DNA of 64,000 bases from Planctomycetota bacterium (GTDB lineage Bacteria > Planctomycetota > UBA11346), in NCBI GenBank assembly GCA_038213805.1, contig JBBQSO010000004.1, forward strand, positions 1 to 64,000, given 5' to 3'. Positions 1-9,333 of the stretch are shown piece after piece. Under the pieces are notes generated by a model, which searched no databases, was not told the DNA's origin, and saw nothing but the letters and a program-made list of their open reading frames with translations. The translations under genes and the position numbers were made by a program. Within the stretch, counting starts at the first letter, position 1. Each line of letters starts with the position of its first letter.

Positions 1-1
1 C

Positions 2-196
2 GACTACATGGAGGCCTACGAGGCCATGCTGCGCGCCTGCAGCACCACCTGGGCGCCCTGGCACGTGGTCCCCGCCAATCGCAAGTGGTACCGTAATGCC
101 CTGGTCGCGCGCATCGTTCGCGAACGTCTCGAGGCACTTGCGCCGCGTTATCCCGAGCCGCCACCGGGGCTGGGCGCGATCACCGTAGACGATTGA
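2..196 (+). CDS. ppk2: Polyphosphate kinase 2 family protein, C-terminal fragment (5' end outside window)
   Basis: YMEAYEAML...STTWAPWHVVPANRKWYRNALVA is a typical PPK2 C-terminus. Confidence 0.85.
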   Translation, partial: DYMEAYEAMLRACSTTWAPWHVVPANRKWYRNALVARIVRERLEALAPRYPEPPPGLGAITVDD

Positions 197-214
197 ACGC
201 GCGGGCAGGTCGCA

Positions 215-2410
215 TCAGTGCCACGAGCGCGGGCCAGGATCCACTGGGGGCGCGAGTCCGGCCACCCGCAGCCGCCCCCACAATCGCACCGCGGCGACGC
301 GCGAGCGCACCTCCTCATCGCTGCCAGCGGGATGCGTATCCGTACCGTTTTCACAATCGCGGATCACATCGCGCCATATGTTCCAGGCGAGTGGCTGCAG
401 GGCATGCGCCGCCGCGATGTCCACGGCGCTGGTCGCCTGCTCGAATTCGGCACAGGCTTCGGCCTGTGCGAAGCGCAGGCCGAAGCCGAGGGTGCCGCCT
501 TCCGCATCCAGCCACGGGAACGTGCCTGGCGGTGCAGCCGCGGCGCAGCGGAGCGCAAGGAGTGCCACCCCGGAAGTGTCTCCATAGGCATGCACCAGGT
601 GGAGCAGTGGCGCATCCAGCTCCTGCCAGGGACGTCCGGTTGCGATCGACCAGCTGATTGCCGCATACATGTCCGCGGCGGCGTCCATGGTCGCCGGGAC
701 CGCGGCCATGGCAGGCACCGGCAGGCCCCGGCGCCCAGACAGGTAGGCGAGCCGGCGCGATAGCGCCGGCGGCAGTCGCGCGCTGAGTGCAGGCCGTGCC
801 GCGACGATCACCGCGACATGCTCATAACTGCCACGATCGAAGGGCGTGAAGCGCAGCACGCGCAGGAAGGCTTCAAGCTGGTCGTCCGCGCTGCCCGCTT
901 CGAGTGCCCAGCGCGCCTGGGTGACGGCGAGCATCCCGGTCCAGCCGAGCTTGCCCACTTCCGCTGCGATCACCTGGCGTTGGCCGTCGCTGTGCAAGTT
1001 CTCCCATTCCCCGCTGAGCAGCGTGCGCGCGTGGAGGTCGACCGTTTGCGGTTCAAGCGCCTGGGCGAGGCACTGCACCCGCACAGTTATGAAAGCGTCC
1101 TTGTGCAGGACCGCCGGATACAGCGTGCGCGTCGCGCCCCATGACGCGACGGCCACCAGCGGCCACATGAGCAGGCGCACTTTCGGCAGCAGGCCGTGTC
1201 GGACCCACAGACGCGTCGTCGGAGCCGCGAAGATCAAGCCGGCAGCAACCGCGGCCCAGATCAACCCCACCGTCGTGCCATAGCAGTTGTCGGTCATGAG
1301 ATGGACGCCGATGGCGACGCCCGCCGCCTGCCACGCGGCGCGCAGACCGGGATCACGCAGGCACCAGACGCGTTGCGCCAACAGGGCCAGCAGCGCGCAC
1401 AGCAGCACCAGCGCCACCGGCCCCCCATCGAGCAGAGTGTCGAGGAACTCGTTGTGCGCATGCATACCCCAGCCGCCGGTGGCTGTCAGGTGGCGGGCAT
1501 GCTCGGTATCCAGCCACTGCAGATGCAATGCCCCGTAATACCCATAGCCCCATGGAAAGGATGCTTGCGCCCCTTCCCAGGCTGAGTGGTAGATGTTGAT
1601 CCGCTCAAGCCGACCAGAAACGAGATCCGCGGTCGCCACGTGCCACGCAAACGCACCGGCGAGCGCGACCGCGAGCAGGGCGACCGACCAGCCAACGGCA
1701 GCGCTTCGGGCAAGCAGGTGCCGCCACAGGAACCACGCCGCGGCCGCGCCATAGGCCACCAGAATCCCGCGCCGCCCAGTGCCGATCGCAAGGACCAGCA
1801 GGCAGCCGAGTCCGACGGCAAGGATGGTGAGATCGCGTGCAGAAGGCCGGCGCCCGCCGCGCCAATCATGCGCGCACAGCACGAGCCACGCGAGCAGCGC
1901 AGGGCCCGCCGTGTTCATGAGGACGTTGACGTGACCGAACCCGAAGCAGGCGGTCTGCAGGGAACTGATGAGCCCGTCGTATCCGCTGACGCCGACGGCG
2001 AGCAGCGCCGCAGCCGCCGCACCGGTACCGAACAGGCGGAGCTGATCGCGCGGTTCGTCACGGCGCACCGCCAGAAAGAGGCACGTGGCCAGCGCAGCGG
2101 CGTGTTCCGCGACCCGCCACCATCCGCAAGGCAACGCTGCCGGAACCAGGGCCTGCACTGCGATCATCCAGACCTGCCAGACCAGCGCGAGCATCACAAA
2201 ACATTCCAGTCCGCCGTCCCGCAGGCGCAGCGCTGGCATCGCCGGCAACCACAGCAGGGGCGCCAGCACCAGGAGCAGGACGCTGGCGTCCACCTGCGAG
2301 AAGCGGAAGCAGCAGAACGATATGGTGAAGGCTACCGCGGCCCACAATAGGATCCCTGCAGGAAGCTGGCCAATCAGTGGGGCCGGGTGCAGGCGGGTGG
2401 GTTCAGGCAT
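215..2410 (-). CDS. O-antigen ligase / O-oligosaccharyltransferase (Wzy_C) family membrane protein with long C-terminal domain
   Basis: Many TM helices; TGRRG motif, ERINIY and HAHNEFLDTLLDGG Wzy_C signature. Confidence 0.75.
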   Translation of the reverse strand: MPEPTRLHPAPLIGQLPAGILLWAAVAFTISFCCFRFSQVDASVLLLVLAPLLWLPAMPALRLRDGGLECFVMLALVWQVWMIAVQALVPAALPCGWWRVAEHAAALATCLFLAVRRDEPRDQLRLFGTGAAAAALLAVGVSGYDGLISSLQTACFGFGHVNVLMNTAGPALLAWLVLCAHDWRGGRRPSARDLTILAVGLGCLLVLAIGTGRRGILVAYGAAAAWFLWRHLLARSAAVGWSVALLAVALAGAFAWHVATADLVSGRLERINIYHSAWEGAQASFPWGYGYYGALHLQWLDTEHARHLTATGGWGMHAHNEFLDTLLDGGPVALVLLCALLALLAQRVWCLRDPGLRAAWQAAGVAIGVHLMTDNCYGTTVGLIWAAVAAGLIFAAPTTRLWVRHGLLPKVRLLMWPLVAVASWGATRTLYPAVLHKDAFITVRVQCLAQALEPQTVDLHARTLLSGEWENLHSDGQRQVIAAEVGKLGWTGMLAVTQARWALEAGSADDQLEAFLRVLRFTPFDRGSYEHVAVIVAARPALSARLPPALSRRLAYLSGRRGLPVPAMAAVPATMDAAADMYAAISWSIATGRPWQELDAPLLHLVHAYGDTSGVALLALRCAAAAPPGTFPWLDAEGGTLGFGLRFAQAEACAEFEQATSAVDIAAAHALQPLAWNIWRDVIRDCENGTDTHPAGSDEEVRSRVAAVRLWGRLRVAGLAPPVDPGPRSWH

Positions 2411-2730
2411 GTGCGGGTGCTGTGGTGCCGGATGGTTGCCCGGAACACCGCCAGTCTACCCTCGAATACGTGCGCCGTCTGCGCGGGAAGCGAGGCGTTG
2501 CTGCCCATCCAGGTGGCACCTAGACACGATCCTGTTCGCAACTGTCGGGGAGATCGTGATGAGGGCGATGGCCGCGATGAACCATTCTTGGCGATGATCG
2601 CGGGGAGGAACAACGACGCAGTGCGAGTAAAAGCTTGGCGCATAGTATCTGCGACCGAGAGAGGGTTCACGCATTGATAAGTGAAAGTTGCGGACACCAC
2701 TTACCAGTCACGCTGCCCTGGGCCTGTCTG

Positions 2731-2765
2731 AAAACGAGAAGACCCCCGGCCGAAGCCGGGGGTCT
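2731..2765 (-). terminator. Intrinsic terminator of the pilin gene
   Basis: GACCCCCGGC-TTCG-GCCGGGGGTC stem with UUCG loop followed by TTCTCGTTTT on the minus strand. Confidence 0.8.
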
Positions 2766-2794
2766 GTGAACAGGCGTTTCCCGTTCGTCGTCGA

Positions 2795-3409
2795 TCAGCG
2801 CTTGTAGACGGTCCAGGTCGAGGCCGTGACCGAGAAGCCGGCGCCGAAGGGTCCGGTGGCGCTGGTGCAGCTCGTGGCGGTCGAGATGGTGGTAAAGGCC
2901 GAGCCCAGCAGGGTGCTGGGGTTGGTCGAAGCGGGCGCAGTCGCGTAGATGGTGCCGGCGGAATTGATGGCGAAGCAGCGCCGACCGATGCTGGCACCGC
3001 CGTCGCTCGGATAGCAGTCGGCGCAGAAGTTGGTCTCGTAGGTGCTGCCGATGCCGAACAGGTAGCTGTTGATGTTGGGGTTGGTGAAGTTCCAGGTCGG
3101 GGGCAGCAGGGACAGCGCGATCGTCGGGGTCACGCCCGCAGTGCCTGAAGCGCCGGACATGCCGGTGTAGGTGAAGGAGAAGTCGCCGATGCCGTTCGCA
3201 GCCGCGGTGCCGGCACCGCCGTTGTCGACATAGCCGCCAGCCTGGAACTGCACTTCGGCCGGGAAGACACCCGACTTCAGCGACGAGGCCGCAGCGGCCT
3301 CGTTCGAGCTGATGCGGCTCTCGAGAAGGTTGGGGATCGCGATGGCGGCGATGATGGCGATGATCGCGATGACGATCATGAGCTCGATGAGGGTGAAGCC
3401 TTTGCGCAT
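2795..3409 (-). CDS. Type IV pilin-like protein (prepilin N-terminal cleavage/methylation motif)
   Basis: MRKG|FTLIELMIVIAIIAIIAAIAIP class III signal peptide; AGGAG RBS before ATG 3409. Confidence 0.9.
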   Translation of the reverse strand: MRKGFTLIELMIVIAIIAIIAAIAIPNLLESRISSNEAAAASSLKSGVFPAEVQFQAGGYVDNGGAGTAAANGIGDFSFTYTGMSGASGTAGVTPTIALSLLPPTWNFTNPNINSYLFGIGSTYETNFCADCYPSDGGASIGRRCFAINSAGTIYATAPASTNPSTLLGSAFTTISTATSCTSATGPFGAGFSVTASTWTVYKR

Positions 3410-3481
3410 GGGATGTCTCCTGGTGGGACGGGTGGGATGCGATGGTGGGCCAGGATCTTCCCGGCACTGAGGAACCACTAG

Positions 3482-3497
3482 GCGCTCGTCGTGCCAG
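3482..3497 (-). promoter_or_regulatory. Candidate sigma54 (-24/-12) promoter of the pilin gene
   Basis: CTGGCACGACGAGCGC = GG-N10-GC with perfect TGGCACG, about 75 nt upstream of the ATG. Confidence 0.5.
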
Positions 3498-3602
3498 TCC
3501 CAGATCACCCTTTGAAGCGCGATAAGCAGGGACAAGAGACCCGGAAAAGAGGCAGAATGACACGCTTTCAACGATTCTTATCGACTCCCACGGGTGCCAG
3601 TC

Positions 3603-3658
3603 CATGGCGGTGACAGGGGGTGTCAACGGTGGGGTGACAGGGGTTGTCAATCGCCATG
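3603..3658. promoter_or_regulatory. Tandem palindromic operator/enhancer TGACA-N5-TGTCA x2
   Basis: TGACAGGGGGTGTCA (3611-3625) and TGACAGGGGTTGTCA (3635-3649), flanked by inverted CATGGCG/CGCCATG. Confidence 0.6.
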
Positions 3659-3806
3659 CGCGAGAAGGCGTGAGAGGTGAAAGGCGCTTGGCACGATTGA
3701 GAAACTGCGAGAGGGGTGTTTTCTGGGTGTGGGAGCGGGTGGCGACTCTCGCCGAAATCCAAGGCCGCCTTCGCGACATGCACCTGGTACGCCAGTCTCG
3801 AGTCTC

Positions 3807-3834
3807 GCACTCCGCACTCCGCACTCCGCACTCC
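3807..3834. repeat. Heptamer tandem repeat (GCACTCC)x4
   Basis: Four exact copies read directly. Confidence 0.9.
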
Positions 3835-3916
3835 GTCCCCAGCTCCCCGAAAACGACACCGCGCTGCCATCGACGGATGGCAGCGCGGAAAGGAAACGGG
3901 ACGACATGGCGATTGG

Positions 3917-4498
3917 CTACGGCGGCATCCAGCCGTCATCACGGCGGCGCATGTGGTCGTCGTTCTCGGCGTTGTTCAGCTGCGCGTCGAGCGGAATGGC
4001 GGTATTGAGGTCGACCTTCGACATCGACATGCCCTCATAGAGGACCACCGGCCGTTTGGGCGCCTTGCCCAGTGAGCCGGGCGGGAAGCGCCAGCCGTGG
4101 AGTTTGAAGTAGTTCTCCTGGCTGTTGACGCTGATCCAGACGCCATTGATCGGTGCGCCGTCGTGGTCGTTGACCACCGTGCAGCGCACCAGCAGCGGTG
4201 GCTCGTGCTCGTTCATGTTCTTGGGATCGACCGATTTCCAGGTCGGGCTCATGGAGACGATCTGGAAGGGCGCGGGATCGCCCTTGCCGCGCGGCTTGAA
4301 GCGCACCACGAAGTCGAATTCGCGGCGCAGGTCACCTTCGCTCAAGTCGTTCTGCTTGGCGACCACCGGCCAGTCAACGCTCTGCCAACGCCACATCGGC
4401 AGGACCCACGGCGCGGCGTACCACATGCCGAGGAGGATCGGGATCATCACCACCACGACTGCGATCTTGCTGGAGCTGGAGTTGGTGCCGCCCGACAT
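3917..4498 (-). CDS. Hypothetical protein with N-terminal membrane anchor
   Basis: GGAG RBS, GC3-rich codons, single hydrophobic segment IAVVVVMIPILLGMWY. Confidence 0.75.
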   Translation of the reverse strand: MSGGTNSSSSKIAVVVVMIPILLGMWYAAPWVLPMWRWQSVDWPVVAKQNDLSEGDLRREFDFVVRFKPRGKGDPAPFQIVSMSPTWKSVDPKNMNEHEPPLLVRCTVVNDHDGAPINGVWISVNSQENYFKLHGWRFPPGSLGKAPKRPVVLYEGMSMSKVDLNTAIPLDAQLNNAENDDHMRRRDDGWMPP

Positions 4499-4553
4499 AT
4501 CTCCAGGATACCTCCAGATCGCGGGCTAGGGAAGAACGGTCCTGTGGGCCTCT

Positions 4554-5570
4554 TCAGCCCCCGTACCCCGCCGGATTCCCGCTCTGCCACCGCCAGCCGT
4601 CCGCGCACATCTCCTCCAGCCCGCGCCGCGCCGACCAGCTGAGCAGCCGCTGCGCCAGCGCCGGATCCGCGTAGCAGGTGGCGATGTCGCCGGGCCGCCG
4701 CGGTCCGACCTCATACGGGATCGGCCTGCCCGAAGCCGCTGCGAGCGCCGCGATCATCTCCAACACCGAGTAGCCCCGGCCGGTGCCGAGATTCACCGCG
4801 ACCGCGCCCGCGAGGCCGTCCAGCGCCGCCAGGGCGGCGACATGCCCCTGCGCCAGGTCGACGACGTGGATGAAGTCGCGCACGCCGGTGCCATCCTTCG
4901 TCGGGTAGTCGTTGCCATGGATGGTCAGCTTGGCGCGCTTGCCCACGGCGACCTGCAGCAGGTAGGGCATGAGATTGTTCGGGATGCCCTTGGGATCCTC
5001 ACCGATCAGGCCGCTCGGGTGCGCTCCGCTGGGATTGAAGTAGCGCAGCAGCGCGATGCGCCAGCTCGGATCGGCCCTGGCCAGGTCACGACAGATGTCC
5101 TCGATCATCACCTTGGTGCGGCCGTAGGGGTTGGTCGCGCCCAGCCGCGCCTCCTCGGTGATCGGCACGCGCTCGGGATCGCCGTAGACGGTGGCCGAGG
5201 ACGAAAACACCAAGCGCCGGCAGCCCGCCGCCTGCATGCACTCGAGCAGGTGCAGCGTGCCGGTGAGGTTGTTGTGGTAGTAGCGCAGCGGCTGGGTCAC
5301 CGATTCGCCGACCGCCTTGAGCGCGGCGAAATGGATGACCGCATCCACCGGCTGCGCGGCGAAGGCCGCGGCCAGGGCCGGCTTGTCGAGCAGGTCGAGG
5401 CGGTGGAAGGCCACCGACTTGCCGGCGATACGCTCGACCCGTCGCAGCGCTTCGACCGAGCTGTTGACCAGGTTGTCGACCACCACCACGCGGTGGCCGC
5501 TGGCGAGCAGCTCGATGCAGGTGTGGGTGCCGATGTAGCCGGCACCGCCGGTGACGAGGATAGTGGACAT
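4554..5570 (-). CDS. galE: UDP-glucose 4-epimerase
   Basis: [33 protein letters not shown]; 338 aa. Confidence 0.97.
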   Translation of the reverse strand: MSTILVTGGAGYIGTHTCIELLASGHRVVVVDNLVNSSVEALRRVERIAGKSVAFHRLDLLDKPALAAAFAAQPVDAVIHFAALKAVGESVTQPLRYYHNNLTGTLHLLECMQAAGCRRLVFSSSATVYGDPERVPITEEARLGATNPYGRTKVMIEDICRDLARADPSWRIALLRYFNPSGAHPSGLIGEDPKGIPNNLMPYLLQVAVGKRAKLTIHGNDYPTKDGTGVRDFIHVVDLAQGHVAALAALDGLAGAVAVNLGTGRGYSVLEMIAALAAASGRPIPYEVGPRRPGDIATCYADPALAQRLLSWSARRGLEEMCADGWRWQSGNPAGYGG

Positions 5571-5850
5571 GGGCGGTCTGGCCTTCGGGGGAGTCGGGCA
5601 CCTGGAACCGCCTGCCGCGTCCCGGGTCGGGCCTGGGCGCCAGGCCGATCCGCATGGTGGACCCTGCGCGAGGGCAGGCAACCGCTGGACCCACTGTGCT
5701 CCAACGTCTTGAGGTTGAACAGGGTATCATCTGGTTCGCCCTTCCCGTCCCGCGCCGGATGGCGATTGAGTGGGCGGCTCCCAGGGGGTAAGGTGATCGA
5801 GATGCGCAACTGGTACGCGAACGTTGTCCAGCAAGGTTCGGGGTCGTTCC

Positions 5851-8800
5851 ATGGCCGATGATGTTGCCAGCGTGGTGCTACGCGTGCAGGCCGGCCAGGC
5901 GACCGCCTTCATCGATCTGGTGCAGCGCCTGAACGCTGAACTGCGCGTGTGGATCGCGACCTATGCGCTCGACACCCTGATGATCGACGATGTGGCCCTG
6001 GCGGTGTGGTGCGCGGTACGCCGCGCGTCGGCCGACTGCCCGGCGGCGCCGATACCATGGATCCTCGCCTTTGCCGAGCGCGAACTCGCCCAGCGCATGA
6101 CCGCACTCGCGGACGATCCCCTGCGCCAGGTGCTGACGCACGCCGCCGCGGTCGAGCTGCGCGCCGCCGGGCAGCCCTCGACCACCGCCGCCCAGCACGT
6201 GCAGCGGCGCCTGACGATGATGCCGCCCATGGCGCGCCGCCTGCTCACCCGCCACTATGGCGAGCGCCTGCCGCTCGCGGACCTCGCGGTCGCGCAGGGC
6301 GTCAGCAACGAGGACGTCGCGGATTCGCTGGTCATGGCGCGCAGCACCCTCGATTGGCATCCGGACGCGATGTCCGGGCCGGTCGCGCACGGCCCGTTCA
6401 GCGGCGTGATCGAGGATTTCCTCAGTGGCGCCCTGGAAGGCGAGCCGCGTGAGCGCTTCGCCGTGCACCTTGCTGCCGATGCTGAGCGCTCCGCGACCTT
6501 CGTGCGCCAGGTCCGCCTCGACCTGATGCTGCGCGTCATGCTCGCCCCGGCGGTCGAGGGCGACGGCAAGGTCATGGCCCAGGCCGCCTGGGCCACGGTC
6601 GCTTCCGGCGACGGGTTGATGATCGCCCAGCCCCCTGAGCTGCGTCCGCGCCCAGCGGCGGCGGTCAGCCAGGGTTCCGATCGCACCCAGCGCCGACCGA
6701 CCTCGTCCGACCTCGCCATGCGCCGCACCAGCGACCCCGGGACCAGGCGCATCACCGCGAATGAACCGACCACGCGGCGCATCTCCGTCACCGAACTAGG
6801 CACGCGCCGCCATTCTCTCCAGCGCCTCGAGCCGGACGCCGGCGCTGGCCAGCAGCGCAAGTCGGGCTTGCTGGTGGTGTTTATCCTGGCTGGCCTGGTG
6901 CTCGCTGGCGGCGTGGCGGTGCTGCTCATCTGGGGACGCGGCGAGACTGCGCGCGCGCATCCGCTGGTCACCCAGGCCGATCCTGCACCACTCCCAACCG
7001 CGCCGCCCGCATCGATCGCGTCGGCGCCGGTCCCGGGGGAAGGGCACGGGCCGTCCGCCACCGGCGCGCGCACCGATGGCCCGGTCGTCTTCGTGCGCGG
7101 CATCAACTTCGGTGGCGACGCGGTGATCCTCGACCGCCACCGCTGGCTGGCCCAGGACCAGGCGGTGGCCGGCGGCCTGGCGCTCACCGCCGAAGCCGTC
7201 GCCACCAGCATCCCGCCGCTGAGCGGCGCGGGCTTCGACTTCGATGGCAAGGCGATGCTCGAGAGCGGTCTGAGCGCCAAAGAGGCGCCGCTGCGCCTGC
7301 GCCAGGCGCTGCCGGCCGGGACTTACGAGCTGATGCTGTGGGTCGCCGGTCCGGACGCGGGCAACGCGCTCGCCATCACCATCGGTGATCAGATCGGGAA
7401 CGTCGCTGCGGCGCCCTCGGCGACCTGGCGCAAGCTGGGTCCCTACCGCGTCACGCTCACGGGCGCCCAGCTCGACCTGGTGGTCGCCGGCCTCGGCCGC
7501 GCCCACCTCTCGGGCTTGACCCTGGCGACGGTCGGCAAGCCGAGTGCGCCACTGCCGCCGATCGCGCTGCTGATCTCGCCCAGCGACCGCTTCGCGCAGG
7601 ATTCGACGCGTTCTCTCGACCTGGTCGCCGATGTCATTCCCTCGGCGACGGCCATCACCGCAGTCGCTTTCATGGACGGCGACAAGCTGCTGGCCACGGT
7701 CAACGCCCCGCCATACCGGCTCTCCCTTCCTAAGCTGCCGCCCGGCACCTTCGCCTTCACCGTGGTCGCCACCGCTGCCGACGGTGGGCGCGCGGCATCC
7801 GCCGCGGTCACCGGCACCATCCTCGATCTGCCCGTCGGCACCGGCTCCATCCTGCGCGAGCGCTGGAACGGGCTGCCCGGCGAGTGGCTGCGCGATGCCC
7901 AGGCCAATCCCAAGCTACAAGGCCCGCCTGACCAGAGTTCGATGCTGACCAGCATGAAGATTCCGACCAATGATGGCTTCGACTTCGTCGACCGCCTACG
8001 CGGCTTCATCATTCCCCCGGTGAATGGCAGCTACACTTTCTGGATCGCCAGCGACGACAACGCCGAACTCTCTCTGAGCACGGACGAGGATCCCGCGCAC
8101 CTGCAGTTCCTGTGCTGGTGTGGCGTGGTCCGCGAGGAAGGCTTCGACGATCGTCCCGAGCAGCGTTCGAAGCCGCTCGTGCTTGAGGCCGGCCACCGCT
8201 ACTTCGTCGAGGTCCGCCACAAGCAGGGCCCGGGCGGCACGCACCTGGCGATCGGTTGGCAGCTGCCGGACGGCTACCGTGAGCGTCCCATCCCGGGCAG
8301 CCGCATCGCGCCCTGGACGGCTGAACGTGCACCGCTGGTGGCGGCCGCGCCGCCCGCATCCGCGCCGGTCCCTGCGCCCACCGCGCCAACGCCTGCGGCG
8401 GAGAAACCGCCGCGTTTCGCGCTCGGCATCGATTTCGGAGGAGATGCCGGGGTCATCGACGGCAACCACTGGCTGTCGCAGCGCCAGGCGGAGGAGCTCG
8501 AGGTGCCCCTGCTCACCACCACCGACACCTTCCTCAGCGACCTGCCGCTGGCCGATGCGCAGGTCGGCTTCGGTGGCCTGCGCCGCGACGTCGACCTCGA
8601 CGGGCGGCCCCTGACCATCGGCAAGGGCACCTTCAAGCGCGGCCTGTTCACCCATGCCCCGGCCACCATCCTCGTGCCGCTCGATGGCCGCAGCACCGGG
8701 TTCATCGCCGACGTGGGCGTCGAGTCCTACGTCGGTCAGGGCTCGGTGGCTTTCGAGGTGTACCTTGACGACGCCAAGGTCGCGGAATCCGGCGTGGTGC

Positions 8801-9333
8801 ACCTCGGCGACGAGGCCAAGCACCTCGAGGTGCCGCTCGGCAGGGCCAAGGTGATGAAACTGGTGGTCGGTGACGGCGGCGACGGCCTCGGTGGCGATCA
8901 CGCGATCTGGGGCGACGCGCGCCTGATCACTCCCCGTGTGGGCCTGTTGGGCGCCGCCGCCGGCCTCAAGGGCGCCAAGCGCAACGCCCAGAACTTCGCG
9001 ACCAAGCCGCCCAGCGAGGGCCCGCTCAAGGCCATGCTCAACAGCAGCTGTCAGGGCCGCAGCGAGACCCTGGCCTTCGGCCTCAAGGTCCCGAATGGCG
9101 TCTATGACGCCTGGTTCTGGGTCAGCGAGAACGCCACCACCGGCGCCCATCTCTTCGACCTTGAGGTCCAGGGCGTGGCCGCGAAGGGCCTGGGCGCACT
9201 GCCGACCGGCAGTTGGAGCAAGTACGGCCCGCTGCGCGTCAGCGTCGGCAATGGCGTGCTGTCCATCATCGCCAAGGCCGGCAAGGGCGTGCCGACGCTC
9301 AGTGGCATGGCGCTGTACGCGATCGATCCGTGA
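5851..9333 (+). CDS. ECF sigma-like / anti-sigma-like / TM / Ig-PA14-NPCBM multidomain protein
   Basis: N-terminal sigma2- and sigma4-like helices; IEDFLSGALEGEPRERFAVHL anti-sigma-like segment; TM helix; PA14 (RGFIIPPVNGSYTFWIASDD...EVRHKQGPG); NPCBM (FKRGLFTHA...DGLGGDHAIWGDARL). Confidence 0.75.
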   Translation: MADDVASVVLRVQAGQATAFIDLVQRLNAELRVWIATYALDTLMIDDVALAVWCAVRRASADCPAAPIPWILAFAERELAQRMTALADDPLRQVLTHAAAVELRAAGQPSTTAAQHVQRRLTMMPPMARRLLTRHYGERLPLADLAVAQGVSNEDVADSLVMARSTLDWHPDAMSGPVAHGPFSGVIEDFLSGALEGEPRERFAVHLAADAERSATFVRQVRLDLMLRVMLAPAVEGDGKVMAQAAWATVASGDGLMIAQPPELRPRPAAAVSQGSDRTQRRPTSSDLAMRRTSDPGTRRITANEPTTRRISVTELGTRRHSLQRLEPDAGAGQQRKSGLLVVFILAGLVLAGGVAVLLIWGRGETARAHPLVTQADPAPLPTAPPASIASAPVPGEGHGPSATGARTDGPVVFVRGINFGGDAVILDRHRWLAQDQAVAGGLALTAEAVATSIPPLSGAGFDFDGKAMLESGLSAKEAPLRLRQALPAGTYELMLWVAGPDAGNALAITIGDQIGNVAAAPSATWRKLGPYRVTLTGAQLDLVVAGLGRAHLSGLTLATVGKPSAPLPPIALLISPSDRFAQDSTRSLDLVADVIPSATAITAVAFMDGDKLLATVNAPPYRLSLPKLPPGTFAFTVVATAADGGRAASAAVTGTILDLPVGTGSILRERWNGLPGEWLRDAQANPKLQGPPDQSSMLTSMKIPTNDGFDFVDRLRGFIIPPVNGSYTFWIASDDNAELSLSTDEDPAHLQFLCWCGVVREEGFDDRPEQRSKPLVLEAGHRYFVEVRHKQGPGGTHLAIGWQLPDGYRERPIPGSRIAPWTAERAPLVAAAPPASAPVPAPTAPTPAAEKPPRFALGIDFGGDAGVIDGNHWLSQRQAEELEVPLLTTTDTFLSDLPLADAQVGFGGLRRDVDLDGRPLTIGKGTFKRGLFTHAPATILVPLDGRSTGFIADVGVESYVGQGSVAFEVYLDDAKVAESGVVHLGDEAKHLEVPLGRAKVMKLVVGDGGDGLGGDHAIWGDARLITPRVGLLGAAAGLKGAKRNAQNFATKPPSEGPLKAMLNSSCQGRSETLAFGLKVPNGVYDAWFWVSENATTGAHLFDLEVQGVAAKGLGALPTGSWSKYGPLRVSVGNGVLSIIAKAGKGVPTLSGMALYAIDP

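Noticed and set aside
2411..2730. Lower-GC gap between pilin and transferase as a riboswitch, sRNA or small ORF
   Set aside because: No recognisable RNA motif, RBS or convincing codon bias
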